A stretch of DNA of 64,000 nucleotides, from assembly GCF_964204645.1 (NCBI RefSeq), contig NC_134026.1:29050150-29114149 (forward strand), read 5' to 3'. Below the pieces are notes generated by a model, which was given only the letters and a program-made list of their open reading frames with translations, was not told the DNA's origin and made no database searches. The position numbers and the translations under genes were made by a program. Below, in pieces: positions 40,627 through 54,292 of this stretch (its first letter is position 1; each line of letters starts with the position of its first letter). The stretch comes from Tubulanus polymorphus (lineage: Eukaryota; Animalia; Nemertea).

Positions 40627-43465
40627 TGCATACGTTATTAGTATATGTAATAGTTGTGCATTTATTTAGTGGCTGCCAAAGTTTTTGTGATAATGACTTC
40701 ATGTTGATTGATACTCTCAGGCTTGACTAATACCTCAATGACGGCTAACTCCCGGGTATGGTTTGGAAGTAGAGGCTCTGTGCTGTAATTGGTAACCAGT
40801 TGTTCAACATAGAAAATACCTTGAGCGAAGAATGATTTTTGCCATGAAACATATCATAAAGGAATGTGTAAAGGGAGTTGTACACGGTAGTACAAACAAA
40901 CATCAATGAACCAAGCTAGGCTTTAAATATATCAGTAGCTAGGGATTGGAAAACCCCTTAATTATATATAGATGTTGTCAAAATGGTTACAGGATCATTT
41001 GCTGCTTTGTCACAGTTACACAATCATATAGTTATAGCGATTATATGCAAATTTATCTATGATTTAATATGCAATTTATATCATAAATTTACTATTAGTC
41101 TTTAAAATGGTAACAAGTGTCTATCTTTCATGCTAATCTCTAGGTGTATTTCCTCTATGGTGTTCAGGGAATTATTAATATGTCATCCCACTGTAGTCGA
41201 AAATGTAGCCGAGAACTGAAAATTAAAGTTCATCGAAAAAATGTATTCATTTGTAACACAAATCCATGAAATTAACTGATTAATTGGCAGCAGTTTTAAG
41301 AGAGCAGTCGTTTTACTGCTCAATTTGAAAAAAAAAAGACTTAACAAATTTTCAATGCTCAAACTGCCAGAATTGTTTTGCGTTTTTTGTTTCAATACTT
41401 TATTGATATTTTTTTTGGAAAATGACAAAAAGGTTTAAAAATATATTATAAAAATATATATATTATACATGAAATTTTGTATATATTATTGAATTGGTGC
41501 TGCCGTACGCTATGTGTATATTTAGTATTATGTAAATGATGGTTGAATTAAATTGCGCTTGATTAATATCACTTCAAATAGAGTTTGTGAAACAGATATT
41601 TTATGTATGGTTTTATGCTAAATACGCTTAAAATCAGGCATTTGGATTGTAAGCAGTGAAAGCCATACATAGTTCATTGCAAAGGTGATTTCATCAAATC
41701 AAATAAATTCTAAAAAAATAGTACATCATGATTATATTGTAAGATATATAATTGACCTAATCAGAAAAAGAACTGGTTGGATTTATAGGAGAGGTGCCCA
41801 TTGACACAATATGCATTTAATATGGTTTGCCTTGATTCATGAAATTAAAATTTAATTGAAAAGGGCTGTATGATACTGATGATTTAAATTGGGAGTTTTG
41901 GTGGTTTTCAGTATCATCTGACCAGTATAAAAAGATATAATGGAATATGATAATTTGTACACTATCATTGATCTGTAATCATGCAAGTTGTAGTGTTATT
42001 GTTTGGCTGATGAATATAAGCTTAGCATTTTGTTGAATACGGAAAATACACTCGATCTTCCATTCTGGAATGGAAGGATTAATTTAATATATATATCTGA
42101 AGGAAATGATATGATAGTGTAGTAATAAAGCTCATAACAAACTTGAGAATCTACTTGAAAGTGTTTTTATGCGCTGTAAAACTATGCATTTGATTTGTTG
42201 GTTTTTATTGAAACCTAGGTTTTGTTCCTAGATTGATATATTATTATAATTAGAGTGTTGAATATTTTTCAGTATTTTTATAGATAAAATGCACTAAAGA
42301 GGGCTTTTCCTTGCCAAAAAAAAAAAACATTTTACACATTTTGATACAACTCTATTTGAAGTGGCTTGGGGTGCAAGCCAGTATTGATTATTGTATGTAT
42401 AGCCTTTCCACTATCTGAAATCTAAAACACTTGGTTTAGTTTAGATATGTAATACACCTTTGACAATAGTTAATCGATTGTGCACAGTTTATTACTATGC
42501 TGAAGCTTTGTTTGCCCTTAGCTTGATTTCTGTTGATGGTTTATTTTTTGTTGGAATCAACAACAAGATCAGATCACACATATATCAAGCTCATGCTTAT
42601 GAGTTCCTAATTTTTGGTTAAATCGTTACCTCGTCATTAATAAACCCATGAAACCACTAACATATAATGAATGGGTTCCTAGCTACCCCTCATACCTCAA
42701 GGTTAATTATCTAAGGATTGTTAAAACCCTTTCAGGTTATCAACCCTACCTAATATTGACTCCCCAGGGTTTCATTTTCAAGCAGGCATAGCTATTCAAA
42801 TGATGTCTAGGTACTTTTGAGGTTCTCGATCTTGTTGTTGTTTCTGGTACCTTGTGTTCATAGGTTTGATTGTATGTAAATAGATTTTTATTTTACCGTA
42901 ATAGCTCTAATAAGACGACGACTATACTAGATAATGTCAGTCTTTCCTCTATCATGTATAATCACAGATTGCTCTATCTTTATTTTAGTTCACGAAAACT
43001 TGAACAGAACGTTCTTGTTTTGAAGATTTATTATTAAACAGTTTTCTTATATAAGTAAATATATTCTTGTTGTTGCATTTTTTTATTCCTCTCACTTGAT
43101 TTCGGAAGCGTTAAAAGGAAGCAGTCGCTGGAACGAATGAATGAAAACTATCAGCCGAGTTAAACCAGAGACCATTGATCATATTCTTAAAAAATCCCTC
43201 CATCGGAGAGCTTGGCCTGGTCTAAGTCATTATTTTTCCCATGGGTCCAAAATTGAGAATAAATGCTTTTTCCTAGTTTTGTCTTCAAATGAGCTGTGTA
43301 TGCTTGGTTACTGATGGGATAAAGCTTTGATTTAGGACCCTGGTTACATGAAACGGTTCGTAAAGCACTACCATGATCAAATGTCGATGGACCCCGGCTT
43401 TTGGCAGCCCGCGCTGAAAATTTATATACCGTCACCTAGCGCCATCTATGCATTATTATTCCAAG

Positions 43466-46400
43466 ATGTCAGCTCCCATGAAAATTTTACCACGCTTACC
43501 CGTGGTAGTTATTTTAGGGGCTACTGGCTGTGGAAAGTCGAAGTTAGCTATAGAATTAGCCAGGAAATTTAATGGAGAAATTATAAGTGCTGATTCAATG
43601 CAGGTTAGTGATTTATTTCGTCCATCATTTGCGTATCAGGCGTTTATTAGTGCAGTAAACAAATTCAAATTAAAAGATCAAATTTATTGATGAAAGTGAA
43701 ACTGACAGTTTGATATTGATACCATTGATTGTCAGTCTTGGGATGGATAAGTGTGAAATGCTTTACTGACAAGTTGTTGCGATAATGTTTATAATCATTT
43801 ACAGGTCTATAAAGGTTTGGATATAATCACAAATAAAGTGACTGCGGAAGAACAAGCTCAATGTCGTCATCATATGATTAGTTATGTTGATCCGCTCACC
43901 ACCAAATATACGGTTACTGAATTCAGAAACAAGGCACTAGCTATTGTATCCTTATTCGTATTATCTTATGGTATTCACAAGAGGCCATTTGTTCAGTTAG
44001 ATATATTGTATACTTACTAGAACTACTGTGACCTATCACCTGATAATGATATTGTGGTTCCATAGAATTCGTTATCAGTGCGTCCTTGCAGACAAGGGAA
44101 CCCTTATCAGCTTTATAGTCGAAAAGATAAAAAAATTATTTCACAAAATTTGATAAAAATCTGAATTAGTATTTTATTTAAGTTCATGGATATGGAATGA
44201 GATTGTTGTGACATCTGACATTTGAGTATTTTTTCGATACATCCTTCGACTTAACGGAAATTCAGTTCATCAGCCAAAGTAAAGGGGGTATATATGCTGG
44301 AATAACAGAAAAATGATTTTGGAATTTTCCAAAAATATCAATCAGGAAAAGTTATTAGTCAAAGTAAAGGGTACGCCAGAATTCCGGAAATATGATTCCA
44401 GATATTTCCGGGAAACAATGGAGGCAGGAATACACCGGAATTATTTTCCGGGAATTTCTTAATCCTTACTCTCTTAACTCTTAACCCCTAAAGCGTAACC
44501 CTCTAAATTCTGGAATTTGATATATCAACTTTAATGAAATTCCGAAGGGAGAAACATCATTTTTCAAGAAAATTCTAAAATACCTATGATTGAACTCGAT
44601 TTGATTTGAAATATTTTTCTGGAAATGTCCGAAAATATAAAAAATGTTGGATGTCGAAATGGAATGACTATTATCATTGTTAGGCCTTTCATGTCGTAGG
44701 TGGCCTTAACTTAAGTTTCAGATTGATAAACTGATTGCTGATGAGAAATTACCAGTGATAGTCGGTGGAACAAATTATTACATTGAATCGGTTCTCTGGA
44801 ATTTTCTAGTCGATAAAAAGGTACAAATATTCACTCACAATTATTCTTCTCTCATGATAATCTCGGGTGTAAAAGGTTTGAATTGCATAATATCAAAGGA
44901 TGCTTGTGTGATTTGACCTGATTTAAGCATTGTTTCGCGTAGAAATTGGAATTTAGGAGGACTGCAATACGAGATGCAATCATACTGTGATTGTAGTTTT
45001 TTTCTAATGATTATGATCTACTCGACACTGAATACAAACAATCTCATACACACACCAATAGTATTGATATCAAGTAGTCTTAGAAATTCAGAAAGAATTT
45101 TTCAGAAAATCAAGCAATTCGGTAATTTAAGATGTGGTTGGACCACACAAAATTGACGTTAAAAAGTAGGCCTATATCCTTGTTGGAAAGTTGCGTGTGC
45201 CTGCTTTCTTTCACTGTAATCAACACAGTTGGCAATTACTCCGGTTTACAGAATTCTTATGGTAAGCTGTGAGAGTAATAGTGGGCTAGTTTCTGGACAG
45301 TGGAGTCTGTTATGAGTCAGCGACAATAATGAGCCATTTACAGTCAAATGTGGATCAAGCAAATAGTATCGTAAATCCACAGATCTGTCGGCTCTGTCTG
45401 TTAGAGTGATTACTCTGAGGTCTACTTATAAAAAAGAAGCATCAGAGAGGCTAGTTATTCAAGTGTGGGAGGTATAATGTTATGTCAGAGATATTCTATC
45501 ACTCTTAGACTGAAGGGAGGTGTCTTTGTTGTCTATCAGGGTCAGCTAGTGTAATGTGATTATGATGGCAATGAGAACTATTGCGTCTGGGGATCTTGAA
45601 CTCTGTATGAACTCGAATGTTGTTTTCTCATCTGTAAAAAGGTCCTCTGCTTCTGCTGCTGCTGCTGGTGCTGGTGAAGTGTGTCTCAAAATCAGCCGTT
45701 CCAATTTCGTTTCCTGGAAAATTGACCCAACCTGCTACGAATAATTCATGAGACAATTACTCATTGTGCGGCAGCTCTGGAGATATCAGATGCTGCTGAT
45801 TGTCTGGGGTTAGGGAAAGGAAGGTACAATTTGCGATGTATCTATGATATTGATATGAAAAAAACAAGATATGTTGAATCAGGTTGGCACCTGTTCCAAA
45901 ACAGCTGTTCAAGGTCTGATGAGTAGGTGCCTAGATTTTATTCAGCATTAATCAATGAAAATATTAGGTCATCGGTTAAAATGTAATATGATATTCAAAA
46001 CTGATACCATCGGATCGATTCTGTGACTGAAAATGGATTTAAATGCGTCGATACGCTTTGAGCGTAGTTCAGTCCAAATACTTCACTGGAGACTTCATAC
46101 ACTCAACAAACTAGAGAAGATAGATATCGTTTAAATGTTCGTGGAAAAGATGATGTTAGTTTTATCTTTTCTACTGTAAATATTTTAAGTTATTAGTAGT
46201 CAGTCTGTCAGATGTCAAAGATTAATCACAACCTACTCTTCAATGCTTTATGTCTGGGTTTTAAGTCTTTTTGAGATACATATCTTAGACGTTGGCGTGC
46301 AAACGAAATATTCTATTCAGCAATTCAATTTGTATTTTATGACGATTGTGATTCGACTAAAATGCAGCTAAAAATGATACAAATCCTTCAGAAATACAAT

Positions 46401-48721
46401 CTATTGAAACTAACAGGGAGTGACTTCCTGATTAGTAAAAACAGGTCAATCACTTAGAAACATATACCGCTTTACAAAGAATGTTAATCACATTCAGAAA
46501 AAACACTTGTCACAATATTCGATAACAGACCCCCAACAAATAGCAGTATTTACACGGTTGGAAATGAGTTCTTACTGGAAACGAGAACCTGTTAAAAAGT
46601 GGTCAATTTGACCTTTAATGTTTACTTTCCTCACTTCAGTAAAACCACCAACATCCGTACATGGAAAATACCTGCTGAACTTTCTTTGTAAGACGACGAA
46701 ATTGTATACCAGTAAAGAGAAGCCTAATTATGAGATGCGTTCTTTATTTTCATTCGAGTTGTGAACTGATAGGTTACTATCAGATATTTTAAGGAATCAT
46801 TCATCCTTGAAAAATGCATGTAATTTTTAATCCTAGAATGGTGAAGATACTGATGGAGGTGATGATGGAAGTGAAGAGGAAAGAATTTGTAACACAGGTA
46901 ACATGCTATTAGTGTATAGTATACTCGCTAGATGGCGACACCTGGAAGGTTGATGTCTGTAGTGAATGAAGTTATCTCATCTACATGTATTTAAATTTTC
47001 AGAGAATGCTAATTCTTCAACGTATGATGATTTGGATAACGTGACCCTGCATAAAAAACTGATGGAAATTGATATAGAAACCGCCCAGCGTTTGCACCCA
47101 AATGATAGACGTAAAGTTTTAAGGTATCAAACAAAAAAAAAATTCACTCAAAATGAGATTATTTTGGCACAAAAATGAATTCATTGCCAACTAAATTCAG
47201 AGCTTTGGAAATCTATGAACATCATGATAGACCAATGAGTGAGATATTAAGCGAACAGCGTATTCGTGCTGAAGATAAAAGTGGTCCATTACGTTATGAG
47301 TCGCCTTGCATATTTTGGATACAGTGTGAACAAAAAGGTTTGTAAAAAAGCTCACTCAAAGTTTTCAGAATTTCGATTAAAGTCAGAGTAACATTATAGT
47401 TTGGAAACTGGTATTTGTTGCAGTTTTGGACGGTCGTTTGGATGATAGAGTTGATGAAATGATAGAAAAAGGTTTATTGAATGAATTGACTGAATTCCAC
47501 CACAAATACAACAGAGATAGACTGCAACATAACCAGTATGTTCTTTCCTCGCAATATTCCTTGATATCAAAATATACTCTCTAAATTGTATATTGAATGA
47601 TTTTTGTATTTCACAGAGATGCAGATTACGAAACTGGCATTTTTCAAAGTATTGGATTCAAGGAATTTCATCCTTACCTGATGTTAGATGATCAGGGCAG
47701 ACAGACATACGACGGGCAACAATTGTTAGAAGATGGTAAGTTTGGGTAAACTAAAAGAAGCTTGTGTGTAACTAAGATTCTCTAGTTTCCCACAAAATTG
47801 GTTATATAGATGAATATTTACCAGTAGGTATTTACAACTCATTTAATAGAACTCAAATCAAATTTGAGTTCTATGCTAATTTGTATTTATTGTAGGCATT
47901 GAGCGATTGAAACTTGTGACGAGACGTTATTCAAAGAAGCAGCAACGCTGGATCAAAAACAGATTCCTTAAAAGTAAAAACTCTTTATAGATAGATTTAC
48001 ATTTTTTACTTCAATTGAATACTTATATAAGCTGTGTGGTGTATTTTAGGGCCTGGACCCGGAGTACCATCAGTGTATGGACTGGATTCTACTGATCCAG
48101 TGAATTGGACTGAACGTGTGAATACACCAGCTTGTAACGTATTACAAGCTATACTGAATGTTAGTTTCAATCACTTAAAACTGATCAATAAATCTAAGTT
48201 TTTAAGTTTGAAACGGTTAACATGTTTATCTATTGTTTATCGTATAGGGTGATGTACCAGCTATATCTCCCCTGTCTTGCGATGAAGATCGAGATGAACC
48301 TGACTATAACATATGTACAGTTTGTGAGGGAAGAGTTTTTGTCACAAAATATCAATGGCAAGGTACTGTTCATATAAACATTCCCTGATTAGGACTTACT
48401 AATTATTACTAATCTTATTACTAATGACTTACTAATCATTTCATGCTAAAGTTGAAAATCAAAAAACGTATTTTCATCAAATAGATTTGAACTTATCGAG
48501 TTAAGGAAGATTTTTTCATGCAAACATTATTTGATTGCAGCTCACATGAAAAGTCGTAGACATCGTCATATGGTTGGACGTTATCATCGGTCAACTAGTG
48601 AATCTTCCCAGGGAGAATCACCTTCAGAGTAAGTGCCTTAGAGCGACATAATTCATCTTCATCTACTGAATCTTACTAATCAAATGTTAATAATCATTTC
48701 AGGATTGAAGACAAGACCTAA
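43466..48721 (+). CDS. TRIT1: tRNA isopentenyltransferase (tRNA dimethylallyltransferase)
   Basis: P-loop [22 protein letters not shown]|[62 protein letters not shown] and a C-terminal zinc finger CTVC...HMKSRRH. The stop is at 48721, or at 48632 if the last intron is retained. Confidence 0.95.
43946..44721 (+). other. U12-type (minor spliceosome) GT-AG intron in TRIT1
   Basis: 5' splice site GTATCCTTA; branch point CCTTAAC about 11 nt before the AG at 44721; no polypyrimidine tract. Confidence 0.85.
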
Positions 48722-49540
48722 ATGATTGGTGTCAAGTCAAAGAAGAAAGGTGCTACTCTTATCTGAAGAAAATGTCTAATTTGCTTGATAAGTCTTAAAG
48801 TTGATGATATGATCATTCAAGATATTTTCTTTAAAGATGTATTATTCTACTGTCTGCCGATTGCGCACGACTTGAACTTTGTCCAAATATTTTCTGAATT
48901 TGGGTTCGGTATTAACTACTGTGATTATTGTAAAGGTTTTAAGGAATGTAGAGATTTTTTAGAGGTTCTGTTAGTTTGGATCCTATGTTTATGTGACCTC
49001 GACTGATGTAATAAGGCTTTAGAAATGAGATAAAAAGAGTATTTTTATTCTCGAATGATAGCATTTTTTCAGGAGCTACCCAAACAACAGGAACTTTAAA
49101 GATAAACAATATATCCATCAGCTGTTATAATTATGATTAATTGCAGTTACAAACAACAAAAACACTGGTGAATTCTCAACCAATTATTGAATTACCGGTT
49201 TAAAGAGAAACAACAGTGTATCGCTATTGCTTATTGGAAAATTCACAGGACAGGACAACATAATAACAACCATAGTTAAAATTTCCAATTCTTAACTTTA
49301 ACAACATTTGATAATACTTCTTATTTGATAAATAAGCAGCTATGATATATTTAGTTCATTGTAGTCCTTTGACCAAAGCCTGAAATGTTCTGCATCTAAT
49401 GTCAACTGCCATTGAGATCATAGACTTAATTATAATGTATATACATGTACATATATATAGTAGAGCTATGAAATCCTGTAACATTTACACAATCTAGTTT
49501 CACACTGTCCGATAAACGAATGAATCATAGTGATTTGATT

Positions 49541-52500
49541 TTACTTGAAAAATAATTTTATGAACACATCAGGAGAGATAGGTGTTGAACTCGGACCTTT
49601 GTAATTCTCATCTGGTTGTAATGGGCATGGATGTCCATGTGAGGCCCAAAAAACTATGTTACAATGACAGCATTGATGTAACATAACAGCATAAATCTCT
49701 CTTGAGCCGTACTTCCTGAAATCATTAATACGTATTGAGTATAGATCCATATGTATTTTTCTATTTGTCATATTTGAAAATGCTTTCACGATTATGTTCA
49801 TACTTCGCTAGTTTTTTGTAAGCGTATTTCCAGTTGCAATCGTCCAGGTATTCACCGCGATTTAAACCATGGCAAATTAACTGATTGTCGTCAAAATGGA
49901 AGTAACATAAATTTCTCCACAGTATCTGCTCCTCGGTTAACATGTATAGACTAGTTCGAGTTGATCCAGTGTTCAGAATATCAACGTGGTCGGTTAGACG
50001 GTGTATTATACTACGTACTAGTTCAGTCGGTAGATCAGTTAGCGTTATACCTTCATCTTCTCTCTATTTAAAGACAATTTGTACATTTTTTACCCTACCA
50101 TATCTGGTAGAGGGACAGATATCTTAAAGAGGGCTGATAACACAAACCTCTTTCAGTTTTATCGTGTTGAATCTATGCTCCATTGACTCTGCTAGTTGTT
50201 TATGTTTATCCCACAACATTTGACTACCGATATGATTAGTTTCACTCTGTACTAGGGCAAAGTTTAAATCATTCAATAACTGATGCATCGTGTGGAGATT
50301 ATTCTGTGAATGGATTACTGAAAAACAATTATGCCTCTCAGAATACAGCCTCTTGAACCTCGTTAATATGATTCTGACGAAACCCATTTAATACAATGGT
50401 TTCGAGCATGTCCCGGCTAAGATATTTTATATCAATCGAGCTTTGGATAGTATGAAACCCATTCACTACGTCATTTTCACTTTTGCCCAAAAGATTTTTA
50501 TTAATGAGGTTCCACTGTATTTATGTCATTGATTATAAACGGGTTTTAAGCTTATTTAGAATTTTATGATGATAATTTGTTGCATTTACCGGTGATTGAT
50601 ATGAATCATGTACATACCTTGTTGCAAAACCTCTTCTAATATAGAGAATATTTGCCTTTGACATGTTCCACTTAGGTCACTGTAATGTTTAGTCAAGATG
50701 ATTTCTACCACCTGGCAATAGAATAAGTTCATTTGACATAAATTGCTTCAAGAAGATATTGCTTTAGAATTGATGATTGTAGATGATACAAGTGCTCCTC
50801 AACTTCGTAGCTTAATACTGTACATACTTTACAGGCATATTTGAATCTGCGAATATCTTTGACTGCTGAGTAGAAATCTAGACGACTCAATGCATCGCTT
50901 AAACTTACTAAACATACTCTCTGAATAATAAACAGCCACCGTATATTCTAACATGTATATTGTGGTAATTGTTAAATTGACGTTGCATTTTAAGCGATGT
51001 TCATTAAGATCATCATACTTCACGAGTTGATCCACGGGATATATGGACATGGGGTTGAGGTGATTTCTTCTCCATACAATCATCATATGTTGTGTGAAAT
51101 CGTATTATCCTGAAATTTCAAATGCATTTTTTTTATTCTTTGAGAGTTAATACGACTATGGCGTATCTTTGTCAGTACAAAATATTGCTTAAGCTATGGT
51201 ATGTGATATAAAAAAAGAAAATGAAGGTACAGTCAACTCCCGATATACTGCCCACATCAGTGCAGAACGATCGGGGGTGTTTTACTTTGTAATTGTATTG
51301 AGATGTACATCGAGAAAACCTGGCGGTAAATGGGAGGGCAGTATATCGGGGGTTGACTGTATATTTGTTCTGGATAGAAAATCTTCCAGTTTTACTAATG
51401 ATAGTTGGACCACACATTTTGTATCTAAAGTTTAGTATTTGATGTATTTCTGTAAATAGATAAATTTCACTGTATCAATTTTGTGAACTTTGAAATAAAG
51501 TTTTGATGGCATTGATTACCAACAATTGTGTTTATGAACGATTCTTTCATCTGAGGATTGATTAGAGACAGTTCCCCTGCTAGGCTGAAAACACAATTTC
51601 CTCTAAAGAATTAGTTTAATATACCAGTAAGAATACCACATATGTTGTGTATTAGATCGCCTTGCACCAACGGTTCTCATCCTACCTGTCTTCATTAGGA
51701 ACATCATTTGAACTAGCTTCATTTGGCTCGATATAACATGCTAATTTCCAGGTCCCTGTACGAGATTTAATCCATTTCAGCCCTGGACACCTCCAATCCT
51801 GTCCGATATATGGCATTCTTGCCGGTAACCACACAATTCAGACCAAATTAAATCAGATGGAAAAAGAACCCTCTCTCAGTTTCATAGTAAATCCTCTGAA
51901 GTGTTCACACACGAGGAACGTTTATACCGAAGTGAATATTACTAAAATTTTGGATGATATGACACTGCTGCAAGATAAAGAAATTTGTTTTCGATGCCCT
52001 TATAGGGTATTCATTAACTAGGCACCTCAATCACTGAATGTGAGCATTTATATTCCATATAAGGAAACTTGTCAATAGCGTCTATTTTTAGATTATTATG
52101 GCATATGGGTATAATGTGTTGCAATGATTCGAATGAGCATTGATCTTTATAGTATCCCAAAACGCGATATCAATAAGAGGAGATTCATGTAGAAAATGAA
52201 TTCTATTTTTGATGACAGTCAATATTATGGATGATTGCGCAACAATTCGCAATCTATGGTTGCTATGGATACAGTACTGTACAAATTTCCAGCACAGTAT
52301 CATTATCAGTGGTAAGATGAATTCAGCTTCAACTGCTATATTCAATAGTACGGTAATAGCAGGCCTGCAATGTATTAATCTGAAATCAGCGCATACCAAT
52401 TGAATAACCGATACAGGTGTGATGATGTAAATCTAATTAATTTCTTTCAATTGTCAATGAGTAAACAATATTGTTACTTTTATAGGCTTATTAGATAGAA

Positions 52501-52761
52501 AGGACAAACCTTTATTGCCAATATTAACGAGCTCAAGTTCTAAACACACTTCACCAACATCGATTACTGAGCTTTATGATTTAAAGCTATTACTTTTTGC
52601 GTATGGCCAGCAGAGTTAATTAATAAAGATTACCTCGATATGATATTTTGATTGAAATTTTCAAAAAACTTCAACCTCCAAAGTGCAGCTCTTTCCCATG
52701 TATCATGCGTTTTAATCCAATGATCTCCAGGCGATCGCCAATCTTGTCCTAAAAATGGCAT
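49541..52761 (-). CDS. FBXO32: F-box protein 32/25 (atrogin-1/MAFbx family)
   Basis: Starts [18 protein letters not shown]. Includes [22 protein letters not shown], the F-box [19 protein letters not shown] and [12 protein letters not shown]...[13 protein letters not shown]. Confidence 0.93.
50344..50519. mobile_element. TACAG...CTGTA MITE in an FBXO32 intron
   Basis: GAACCTCGTTAAT and ATTAATGAGGTTC inverted termini, flanked by TACAG/CTGTA. Confidence 0.55.
51228..51361. mobile_element. Young MITE with 26-bp TIRs including TA ends
   Basis: TACAGTCAACTCCCGATATACTGCCC ... GGGCAGTATATCGGGGGTTGACTGTA, with one mismatch. Confidence 0.8.
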
Positions 52762-52944
52762 TTTTTTCTAAATAAGGATTTTATACTATAGCTGTCAAAT
52801 AGAACGTGCTATTGTTGACGGAAGTAAATAGGAGATTGTTTTGATCGTCGTTGATTGGTTCGTTCGTGTCACGAGGTCTGAATGTAAATAAACAACTGAC
52901 ATCGGCAAGTGAGGAATAATAGATGGAACCGCAGTAGTTGCAAG

Positions 52945-54292
52945 ATGTCTTCGTTTTCAAGACCAAAACAAAATGTTCTTGATAAACCGCTTAATAAAGG
53001 CAAAATAGAGGTATGGATGCTGAAATAGTTGTTTTATGTATTGGATGATAATTGTGTCGGTACAGAAATTACTCATATATCCGATACATCTTATTAAATA
53101 TGAGTCTTTCAGTTTGTAAATTAAATTTTATTGAGGTTATTCAATATTTCTATTTTCCAGATTAATATCGGTACTTTTGCCATGGTGTTTTCTGAAATAG
53201 TACAGTATTGTCAGAATAGAGTTTACACAGTGCCTGAATTACAAAATAGGTTGGTATAATAACTGCCTGCCATGTGGAGTGTCGGGCACGGGCTTGTCAC
53301 ATTTAAACATGAATGAGGTGTTAACCTACAATAATTAGTAACTCCAGTATCCCAGTAAAATGATAGGAATACTAGGGTTAGTCATTGATATTGGTTTTAT
53401 GCATATACCATCGAATGTGATAAGTTCCTCTAACCCATATACAATTCTGATGCCATGGACTTGTTCATAATAGGTTGTCAGATCTCGGACAGCATGTCGG
53501 TGCTAGGATATTGGATGTTGTGTTCTACCGCGAAAAGAATTTCAAACGCGAAGTCAAAGTTGTAAATATGTTAAATTTCATCAAGGGTAATTTATGGAAG
53601 GTGAGAATTTAAAATCAGTGAAATTCACCACAGTGCAATTTGTTTGTTTTAATGAATCAGAATGATCAATTTCAGACACTGTTTGGTAAGGAGGCAGATA
53701 TGTTAGAACAGTCAAATGAAGATGATAGAACTTGTATCCTTTTTGAAACCTATGATCATATACTACAGCGGAAATTTTTTACAACAAACTTCAGAGGATC
53801 GGAAAGTAGTATCCGAGTTGAATGTTATGCATTTCATATAGGGCCCTATAAAAATATCTAAAAAACATCTGGGTTGAATGTTATCCAAGATCCAACTTGG
53901 GTGGAGTCTATTGAATATCACTGTAATTAGAATTAAACCAGTTGAGTTATAAAAAGTATGTTTAATATCTCTTAACTCTATATGCTCAGTTTATATCATA
54001 GAAAAGGAGCCACTTGTGAACAAATTCATATCTGTTCCGAAAGATAAAGGCAATTTGAATTGTTCAGCATTCACAGCTGGTATCATTGAAGCAGTTCTAA
54101 ACAATAGCAATTTTGTAAGTCGATTCACCCGTTTTAACAGAGGTTGTAGGTGAATTAATACTGAATGCTGGGCTTTTCTTTTATATATTTCAGCCATGCA
54201 AAGTAACCGTACATTGGCATAAAGGAACTACGTACATGATTAAATTTGATCCTACTGTCATAGCTCGTGATAAAACAATAGAAGGAAGATAA
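52945..54292 (+). CDS. TRAPPC5: Trafficking protein particle complex subunit 5
   Basis: MSSFSRPKQNVLDKPLNKGKIE|INIGTFAMVFSEIVQYCQNRVYTVPELQNR|LSDLGQHVG...LWK|TLFGKEADMLEQSNEDDRT|FYIIEKEPLVNKFISVPKDKGNLNCSAFTAGIIEAVL...KVTVHWHKGTTYMIKFD. Confidence 0.95.
53734..53989 (+). other. U12-type GT-AG intron in TRAPPC5
   Basis: 5' splice site GTATCCTTTT; branch TCTCTTAAC about 12 nt upstream of the CAG at 53989. Splicing keeps the reading frame (T|TT Phe). Confidence 0.85.
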
